From the IMG/VR virus record IMGVR_UViG_3300030438_000300: a DNA stretch of 30,806 bases; one strand, written 5' to 3'. The notes beneath the pieces were generated by a model that did not search any database, had not been told where the DNA came from, and saw only the letters and a list, made by a program, of their open reading frames with translations. The position numbers were made by a program, and so were the translations under genes. The DNA comes from a virus. Taxonomy: Duplodnaviria; Heunggongvirae; Uroviricota; Caudoviricetes. Positions 24,239 to 30,806 of the stretch are shown here, in pieces; the first letter of the stretch is position 1; every line of letters starts with the position of its first letter.

Positions 24239-27200
24239 ATGAGTGTGGCGACATTACGTGAACTGATTATTAAAATCTCGGCAAATTCCCGGTCATTCCA
24301 GTCAGAGATCTCCCGGGCTTCGCGTATGGGGCAGGATTACTACCGTACCATGCAGAACGGAGGCCGGCAGTCCGCTGCTGCATCCCGTGAAATGCGGCGT
24401 GCACTGGCAGAAGTGACGGATCAGATAAATACAGCTAAATCTTCGGCACTGAATATGGCGGGGGCATTTGCCGGGGCTTTTGCTACCGGTCATCTTATTT
24501 CTCTCGCCGATGAGTGGAATTCAGTAAATGCCCGTCTGAAGCAGGCCTCACAGTCCAGTGATGATTTTCAGGTATCACAACGTGAATTAATGGCGATCAG
24601 CCAGAGAACGGGGACGGCGTTTTCTGATAACGCCAGCCTTTTTGCCCGTTCTGCAGCTTCCATGCGGGAGTATGGTTACAGTTCTGAGGAGGTACTGAAA
24701 GTCACCGAGGCGATCTCCACGGGCCTGAAATTATCCGGTGCCAGTACAGCAGAAGCCAGTTCGGTGATCACGCAGTTCAGTCAGGCACTGGCGCAGGGAG
24801 TGCTGCGCGGTGAAGAGTTTAACTCGGTGAATGAGAGCGGTGATCGTGTTATTCGTGCGCTGGCTGCGGGAATGGGCGTTGCCCGTAAGGATCTGAAGGC
24901 CATGGCGGATAACGGAAAACTAACCGCCGATAAGGTTGTTCCTGCACTGATTAGTCAGCTTGGGGCGTTGCGTGATGAATATGCAGCAATGCCTGATACG
25001 GTTTCATCCTCTGCAACCAAAGTTGAAAACGCCTTTATGGCCTGGGTTGGTGGTGCGAACGAGGCAAGCGGAGTGACGAAGACGCTCTCCGGGGTGCTGA
25101 ATGGTCTTGCAGGCAATATTGACACCGTGGCAACCGCTGCCGGTGCTCTGGTTGCCGTCGGGGTAGCCCGATATTTTGGCAATATGGCGTCTTCTGCTGG
25201 ATCTGCAACTGCCGGATTAATTACTGCAGCCAGAAACGAAGTGGCTCTTGCTGAAGCGCAACTTCGGGGGACACAGATAGCAACCGCCAGGGCGCGTGCG
25301 GCGGTTTATCGTGCGCAACAGGCGGTTGTTGCTGCTCGCGGTACCGAAAGGCAGGCCGCAGCAGAAGCGAAGCTGACAGCTGCTCAGGCGTCACTTACCC
25401 GTAATATTGCGGCCAGAACAGCGGCACAGACAACGCTGAATACTGTCACGTCAGTGGGGAGTCGTCTGTTAAGTGGTGCGCTGGGGTTGGTTGGTGGTGT
25501 GCCGGGACTCGTCATGCTGGGGGCGACGGCCTGGTACACGATGTATCAGAATCAGGAGCAGGCCAGAGAATCTGCACGCCAGTATGCCGCAACAATCGAC
25601 GAAATTCGCCAGAAAACGTCGGCAATGTCGCTTCCTGAAGCGTCAGATAATGAGGAAAAGACGCGGCAGGCACTTGATGAGCAAAACAGGTTAATTGACG
25701 AGCAGAAAAGTAAGATTAAATCCTTACAGGAAAAAATTGCTGGCTATCAGTATGTGCTGGCAAACCCGGGCTGGACAACCGATAACGGTTTTATGATTAA
25801 CCACATGACGTCGGTAAAAACTGTCACAGAAGGGCTTGCAGAAGCAACAAATCAACTGGCAGTTGAACAGTCCCGTCTCACACAAATGCAGGGCAAAGCG
25901 CAATCCATTCAGGATGTGCTTGCCGGGCTGGAGGAGCGACGGGTGGCGTTGATCCGTCAACAGGCCGCGGAACAAAACAAAGCGTATCAGTCCCTGTTGA
26001 TCATGAATGGGCAGCATACCGAGTTTAATCGCCTTCTCGGGCTCGGTAATGAATTACTTCATCAGCGACAGGGGCTGGTGAATGTACCGTTACGGCTACC
26101 ACAGGCAACCCTGGATGATAAACAGCAGACTGCACTGAATAACAGCGAGCGCGAACTGGCTCTGTCCCGCCTGAAGGGGGAAGCCCGTGAGCGTGCCCGC
26201 CTGGGTTATGCTGCGGATGATCTCGGCTTTGTGGGAGAGGCGTATCAGACAGCCAGACAGAATTATATCAATAACTCACTGGATGCCTGGCGAAATAACC
26301 AGGCAAATAAACCCAAAGCGCATAAAAAGACCGAAGCGGAAAAAACAGAAGATATTTATAAACGGCTGATTAAACAGCAAAAAGAACAAATAGCACTGGC
26401 AGGGCAGAATACTGAACTGGCTAAGATGAAATATCAGGTCAGTCAGGGCGAATTATCAACCCTGTCAGAAGCGCAGAAAAAAACGCTTTTGCAGAATGCA
26501 GCACTCATCGACCAGAAAAAGATTCGTGAGCAGCTTGCTGCGTATGAAAGCAGCCTGGCGGACAGTAATGCCAGTGCCCGGGCATCTGACGACGCGCAGT
26601 TACTGGGATATGGTGAAGGCTCACGGATGCGTGAACGACTCCAGGAAATGTGGAGTATCCGGCATGAGTTTGAGCAGAAAAATAACGAGCTGCTGAGACA
26701 GTATCAGGCCGGAGAAATTGAAGAAGCCCTGTGGAAACAGGAGAAAGAACTGAATAAAAAATATCTGGAAGAGCGTCTCAGCGATCAGCAGGATTATTAT
26801 GCAAAGGCCGATGCTTTACGTAATAACTGGAATGCAGGACTCCAGGAGGGGCTGACCAACTGGGCAGACAGTGCCACCGATTATGCTTCGCAGGCGGCAG
26901 ATGCTGTCGTTTCCACTATGGACGGACTGGTATCAAATATTTCCGATGCACTGGCCGGAAATGTTGTGGACTGGAGAAACTGGGGGAGTTCAGTTCTCCG
27001 GGAAGTTTCAAAAATTCTGATGAATGCGGCCATTGTTAACGGACTGAAGTCACTCTCCGGTGCCGGAGGGTGGCTTGGTACGGTCGGCGGATGGATTTCG
27101 GGGGCGGTGGCAAACGCAAAAGGTGGTGTTTACACATCGGCAAATCTGAGTGCTTACAGTAACACTATTGTGGATACACCGACGTATTTTGCTTTTGCGA

Positions 27201-27472
27201 AAGGTGCCGGGCTGATGGGCGAGGCCGGGCCTGAAGCTATCATGCCACTGACACGGGCAGCGGACGGCTCTCTTGGGGTCAGAGCCATTGGCAATGTGAA
27301 TAGTGGCGGGGGGGGTGTTTATTCTCCCGTGTATCACATCAGCATTCAGAATCAAGGGAGCAATGGCGAGATAGATGCGCGCTCAGCCAGGGGACTGGTG
27401 GATCTGATCGACAGCAGGGTTGTGTCAATTATGCAGTCATCGCGTCGGGATGGAGGATTGTACAGTGCCTGA
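24239..27472 (+). CDS. Tail tape measure protein
   Basis: 1077-aa ORF, Ala/Gln-rich and helical with Gly-rich hydrophobic segments, in the conserved position after G/GT. The start could instead be GTG 24245, which has better spacing to GGAG. Confidence 0.9.
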   Translation: MSVATLRELIIKISANSRSFQSEISRASRMGQDYYRTMQNGGRQSAAASREMRRALAEVTDQINTAKSSALNMAGAFAGAFATGHLISLADEWNSVNARLKQASQSSDDFQVSQRELMAISQRTGTAFSDNASLFARSAASMREYGYSSEEVLKVTEAISTGLKLSGASTAEASSVITQFSQALAQGVLRGEEFNSVNESGDRVIRALAAGMGVARKDLKAMADNGKLTADKVVPALISQLGALRDEYAAMPDTVSSSATKVENAFMAWVGGANEASGVTKTLSGVLNGLAGNIDTVATAAGALVAVGVARYFGNMASSAGSATAGLITAARNEVALAEAQLRGTQIATARARAAVYRAQQAVVAARGTERQAAAEAKLTAAQASLTRNIAARTAAQTTLNTVTSVGSRLLSGALGLVGGVPGLVMLGATAWYTMYQNQEQARESARQYAATIDEIRQKTSAMSLPEASDNEEKTRQALDEQNRLIDEQKSKIKSLQEKIAGYQYVLANPGWTTDNGFMINHMTSVKTVTEGLAEATNQLAVEQSRLTQMQGKAQSIQDVLAGLEERRVALIRQQAAEQNKAYQSLLIMNGQHTEFNRLLGLGNELLHQRQGLVNVPLRLPQATLDDKQQTALNNSERELALSRLKGEARERARLGYAADDLGFVGEAYQTARQNYINNSLDAWRNNQANKPKAHKKTEAEKTEDIYKRLIKQQKEQIALAGQNTELAKMKYQVSQGELSTLSEAQKKTLLQNAALIDQKKIREQLAAYESSLADSNASARASDDAQLLGYGEGSRMRERLQEMWSIRHEFEQKNNELLRQYQAGEIEEALWKQEKELNKKYLEERLSDQQDYYAKADALRNNWNAGLQEGLTNWADSATDYASQAADAVVSTMDGLVSNISDALAGNVVDWRNWGSSVLREVSKILMNAAIVNGLKSLSGAGGWLGTVGGWISGAVANAKGGVYTSANLSAYSNTIVDTPTYFAFAKGAGLMGEAGPEAIMPLTRAADGSLGVRAIGNVNSGGGGVYSPVYHISIQNQGSNGEIDARSARGLVDLIDSRVVSIMQSSRRDGGLYSA

Positions 27473-27806
27473 GCCTGAAGTTTTTAACTGGATCCCCCGT
27501 GAGGGGATGGAGACGACACGAAAGCCATCAGTTATTACGGTAAAGTTTGGTGACGGATATGAACAGCGACGGGCTGGTGGTCTGAATGCGGATCTGAAAA
27601 CGTTTAAACCGGTATTTCGTGTCACAGATGAATATTCCCGTGCCGCGCTGGACAGTTTTTTATCCCGTCATGCCGGGATTCGTGCTTTTTTGTGGCGTCC
27701 GCCAAAACACAACAGGACTGTCCGGGTTGTCTGCAGGGAGTGGAGCATTTCGGATAATGCCATGTATACCGATTTTAACTGTACCTTTGAAGAGGTCACT
27801 CACTGA
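27465..27806 (+). CDS. M: Minor tail protein M-like
   Basis: Product contains VKFGDGYEQRRAGGLNADLKTF and FLWRPP, resembling lambda gpM (VRFGDGYSQRAPAGLNANLKTY, FLWTPP) as recalled. GTG start with GGAGG 8 nt upstream, overlapping the tape measure stop; ATG 27450 is an alternative start. Confidence 0.75.
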   Translation: MPEPEVFNWIPREGMETTRKPSVITVKFGDGYEQRRAGGLNADLKTFKPVFRVTDEYSRAALDSFLSRHAGIRAFLWRPPKHNRTVRVVCREWSISDNAMYTDFNCTFEEVTH

Positions 27807-28504
27807 TGCAGGATATACAGCAGGAAACACTCAATGAGTGCACTAAAACGGAGCAATCCGCGCTGATCGTGCTCTGGGAAGTCGATCTGACAGAGGTCGG
27901 CGGAGAACGTTATTTTTTCTGTAATGAGCAGAACGAAAAAGGTGAGTCGGTCACCTGGCAGGGGCGACAGTATCAGGCGTACCCTATTCAGGGAAGCGGC
28001 TTTGAGATGAACGGCAAAGGAGCCAGTGCAAGACCAACGCTGAAAGTCTCTAACCTGCACGGCATGGTCACCGGGATGGCGGAAGACCTGCAGAGTCTGG
28101 TCGGCGGAACGGTGGTCAGGCGTAAGGTTTACGCCCGTTTTCTGGATGCGGTGAACTTCGTCAACGGAAACAGTGACGCCGATCCGGAGCAGGAGGTGAT
28201 CAGCCGCTGGCGCATCGAGCAGTGCAGCGAACTGAGCGCGGTCAGTGCCTCCTTTGTGTTGTCCACACCGACGGAAACGGATGGTGCCGTTTTTCCGGGG
28301 CGCATCATGCTGGCCAACACCTGCACCTGGATCTACCGCGGCGATGAGTGCGGTTATGATGGCCCGGCTGTCGCGGATGAATATGACCAGCCAACGTCCG
28401 ATATCACGAAGGATAAGTGCAGCAAATGCCTGAGTGGTTGCAAGTTCCGCAATAACGTCGGCAATTTTGGCGGCTACCTTTCCATTAACAAACTTTCGCA
28501 GTAA
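27806..28504 (+). CDS. L: Minor tail protein L-like
   Basis: 232-aa ORF, the same length as lambda gpL, with a C-terminal Cys cluster (CSKCLSGCKF) and conserved position. Confidence 0.85.
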   Translation: MQDIQQETLNECTKTEQSALIVLWEVDLTEVGGERYFFCNEQNEKGESVTWQGRQYQAYPIQGSGFEMNGKGASARPTLKVSNLHGMVTGMAEDLQSLVGGTVVRRKVYARFLDAVNFVNGNSDADPEQEVISRWRIEQCSELSAVSASFVLSTPTETDGAVFPGRIMLANTCTWIYRGDECGYDGPAVADEYDQPTSDITKDKCSKCLSGCKFRNNVGNFGGYLSINKLSQ

Positions 28505-28509
28505 ATCCC

Positions 28510-29253
28510 ATGACAGAGACAGAATCAGCGATTCTGGCGCACGCCCGGCGATGTGCGCCAGCGGAGTCGTGCGGCTTCGTGGTGAGAACGCCGGAAGGGG
28601 AAAGATATTTTCCCAGCGTGAATATCTCCGGTGAGCCGGAGGAGTATTTCCGGATGTCGCCGGAGGACTGGCTGCGGGCAGAGATGCAGGGTGAGATTGT
28701 GGCGCTGGTCCACAGCCACCCCGGTGGTCTGCCCTGGCTGAGTGAGGCCGACCGGCGGCTGCAGGTGCATAGTGATTTGCCGTGGTGGCTGGTCTGCCGG
28801 GGTGAGATTCATAAATTCCGCTGTGTGCCGCATCTCACCGGGCGGCGCTTTGAGCACGGGGTGACGGACTGTTACACGCTGTTCCGGGATGCTTACCATC
28901 TGGCGGGGATTGAGATGCCGGATTTTCATCGTGAGGATGACTGGTGGCGTCACGGTCAGAATCTCTATCTGGATAATCTGGAGGCAACGGGGCTGTATCA
29001 GGTGCCGTTGTCAGCGGCGCAGCCGGGCGATGTGCTGCTGTGCTGTTTTGGTTCATCGGTGCCGAATCATGCCGCCATTTACTGTGGTGACGGCGAGCTG
29101 CTGCACCATATTCCTGAACAACTGAGCAAACGAGAGAGGTATACCGACAAATGGCAGCGACGCACACACTCCCTCTGGCGTCACCGGGCATGGCACGCAT
29201 CTGCCTTTACGGGGATTTACAACGATTTGGCCGCCGCATCGACCTTCGTGTGA
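28510..29253 (+). CDS. K: Tail tip assembly protein K-like (JAB/MPN plus NlpC/P60 domains)
   Basis: Contains a JAMM-like motif HSHPGGLPWLSEAD and an NlpC/P60-like Cys/His arrangement (GVTDCYTLF, PNHAAIY). The 3' 103 nt overlap gene I in another frame. Confidence 0.8.
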   Translation: MTETESAILAHARRCAPAESCGFVVRTPEGERYFPSVNISGEPEEYFRMSPEDWLRAEMQGEIVALVHSHPGGLPWLSEADRRLQVHSDLPWWLVCRGEIHKFRCVPHLTGRRFEHGVTDCYTLFRDAYHLAGIEMPDFHREDDWWRHGQNLYLDNLEATGLYQVPLSAAQPGDVLLCCFGSSVPNHAAIYCGDGELLHHIPEQLSKRERYTDKWQRRTHSLWRHRAWHASAFTGIYNDLAAASTFV

Positions 29254-29822
29254 AAACGGGGGCTGAAGCCATCCGGGCGCTGGCCACACAGCTCCCTTCG
29301 TTTCGTCAGAAACTGAGCGACGGCTGGTATCAGGTACGTATTGCCGGGCAGGATGTCAGCACGTCCGGATTAACGGCGCAGTTACATGAGGCTCTGCCTG
29401 ACGGCGCTGTGATTCATATCGTTCCCAGAGTCGCCGGGGCCAAGTCAGGTGGCGTATTCCAGATTGTCCTGGGGGCAGCCGCCATTGCCGGATCATTCTT
29501 TACCGCCGGAGTCACCCTTGCAGCATGGGGGACAGCCATTGGGGCCGGTGGTATGACCGGCATTCTGTTTTCTCTCGGTGCCAGTATGGTGCTCGGCGGT
29601 GTGGCTCAGATGCTGGCACCGAAAGCCAGGACGCCCACGGCAGCCAGTACAGATAACGGCAAACAGAACACGTATTTCTCGTCACTGGATAACATGGTTG
29701 CCCAGGGCAATGTTCTGCCTGTTCTGTACGGTGAAATGCGTGTGGGGTCTCGTGTGGTTTCTCAGGAGATCAGCACGGCAGATGAAGGGGACGGTGGTCA
29801 GGTTGTGGTGATTGGCCGCTGA
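29151..29822 (+). CDS. I: Tail tip assembly protein I-like
   Basis: 223-aa ORF MAATHTLPLASPGMARICLYGDLQRFGRRIDLRVKTGAEAIRA... (ubiquitin-like N-domain pattern), followed by hydrophobic Gly/Ala-rich segments. Conserved position before J. Confidence 0.8.
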   Translation: MAATHTLPLASPGMARICLYGDLQRFGRRIDLRVKTGAEAIRALATQLPSFRQKLSDGWYQVRIAGQDVSTSGLTAQLHEALPDGAVIHIVPRVAGAKSGGVFQIVLGAAAIAGSFFTAGVTLAAWGTAIGAGGMTGILFSLGASMVLGGVAQMLAPKARTPTAASTDNGKQNTYFSSLDNMVAQGNVLPVLYGEMRVGSRVVSQEISTADEGDGGQVVVIGR

Positions 29823-29840
29823 TGCAAAATGTTTTATGTG

Positions 29841-29870
29841 AAACCGCCTGCGGGCGGTTTTGTCGTTTAT
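29841..29870 (+). terminator. Hairpin with T-rich tail between I and J (candidate attenuator)
   Basis: AAACCGCC-TGCG-GGCGGTTT followed by TGTCGTTTAT. Confidence 0.45.
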
Positions 29871-29882
29871 GGAGCGTGACGA

Positions 29883-30806
29883 ATGGGTAAAGGCAGCAGT
29901 AAGGGGCATACCCCGCGCGAAGCGAAGGACAACCTGAAGTCCACGCAGCTGCTGAGTGTGATCGATGCCATCAGCGAAGGGCCGGTTGAAGGTCCGGTGG
30001 ATGGATTAAAAAGCGTGCTGCTGAACAGTACGCCGGTGCTGGACAGTGAGGGGAATACCAATATATCCGGCGTCACGGTGGTGTTCCTGGCCGGTGAGCA
30101 GGAGCAGACACCGCCGGAGGGATTTGAATCCTCCGGCTCCGAGACGGTGCTCGGTACAGAAGTGAAATATGACACGCCGATCACCCGGACCATCACGTCG
30201 GCAAACATTGACCGTCTGCGTTTTACTTTCGGCGTGCAGGCACTGGTGGAAACCACCTCAAAGGGGGACAGGAATCCATCGGAAGTCCGCCTGCTGGTTC
30301 AGATACAACGTAACGGTGGCTGGGTGACGGAAAAAGACATCACCATTAAGGGCAAAACCACCTCACAGTATCTGGCCTCGGTTGTGGTGGATAACCTGCC
30401 GCCGCGCCCGTTTAATATCCGGATGCGCAGGATGACGCCGGACAGCACCACAGACCAGCTGCAGAACAAAACGCTCTGGTCGTCATACACCGAAATTATC
30501 GATGTGAAACAGTGCTACCCGAACACGGCACTGGTCGGCGTACAGGTGGATTCGGAGCAGTTCGGCAGCCAGCAGGTGAGCCGTAATTATCATCTTCGCG
30601 GGCGTATTCTGCAGGTGCCGTCGAACTATAACCCGCAGACGCGGCAATACAGCGGTATCTGGGACGGAACGTTTAAGCCAGCATACAGCAATAACATGGC
30701 CTGGTGTCTGTGGGATATGCTGACCCATCCACGCTACGGCATGGGGAAACGTCTTGGTGCGGCGGATGTGGACAAATGGGCGCTGTATGTCATCGGCCAG
30801 TACTGC
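29883..30806 (+). CDS. J: Tail tip host-specificity protein J (5' part; continues beyond the window)
   Basis: Open frame from ATG 29883 to the window end, starting MGKGSSKGHTPREAKDNLKSTQLLSVIDAISEGPVEGPVDGLKSVLLNSTPVLD..., lambda J-like as recalled. Absent from the ORF track because no stop is reached. Confidence 0.9.
   Translation, partial: MGKGSSKGHTPREAKDNLKSTQLLSVIDAISEGPVEGPVDGLKSVLLNSTPVLDSEGNTNISGVTVVFLAGEQEQTPPEGFESSGSETVLGTEVKYDTPITRTITSANIDRLRFTFGVQALVETTSKGDRNPSEVRLLVQIQRNGGWVTEKDITIKGKTTSQYLASVVVDNLPPRPFNIRMRRMTPDSTTDQLQNKTLWSSYTEIIDVKQCYPNTALVGVQVDSEQFGSQQVSRNYHLRGRILQVPSNYNPQTRQYSGIWDGTFKPAYSNNMAWCLWDMLTHPRYGMGKRLGAADVDKWALYVIGQYC

Noticed and set aside
1-30806. CRISPR arrays, tRNA/tmRNA genes and rRNA
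   Set aside because: No regularly spaced short direct repeats and no recognisable tRNA cloverleaf segments were seen. The only regular repeats are the ori iterons inside gene O.

Overview
This window is a mosaic lambdoid prophage of the E. coli/Shigella type, read left to right as follows. (1) A standalone minus-strand ORF with a tail-fibre C-terminal chaperone-like domain. (2) A complete 768-bp IS1 (insA/insB) with no target-site duplication. (3) A truncated leftward early operon: a small Cys-rich ORF, sieB and a P22-type N antiterminator with nutL. (4) An AT-rich two-gene cassette (285-aa soluble protein plus 163-aa four-helix membrane protein) sitting exactly where lambda carries rexA-rexB, downstream of cI. 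(5) The immunity region: cI, operators, an XRE-type cro, nutR and cII, with cI and cII apparently hybrids carrying lambda-like C-termini. (6) Lambda-like replication and nin genes: O with ori iterons, P, ren, tR2, ninB, a Dam-like methyltransferase and ninE. (7) A DLP12-like block: rusA, ylcG, quuD (Q), an intact nmpC-like porin on the opposite strand, holin, an unknown gene, SAR endolysin (interrupted by a 52-nt N run), Rz/Rz1 and bor. (8) An HK97-like packaging and head module: HNH endonuclease, small and large terminase, portal, protease and major capsid. (9) Lambda-like tail genes: major tail, G/GT chaperone with a slippery heptamer, tape measure, M, L, K, I and the 5' part of J. No integrase, excisionase or recombination genes are present left of the pL operon, so the prophage appears defective at that end. 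The most interesting element is the unrecognised rex-position cassette, a candidate phage-exclusion (abortive infection) system. All homology statements rest on recalled protein sequences and on motifs read from the sequence; no database search was run.
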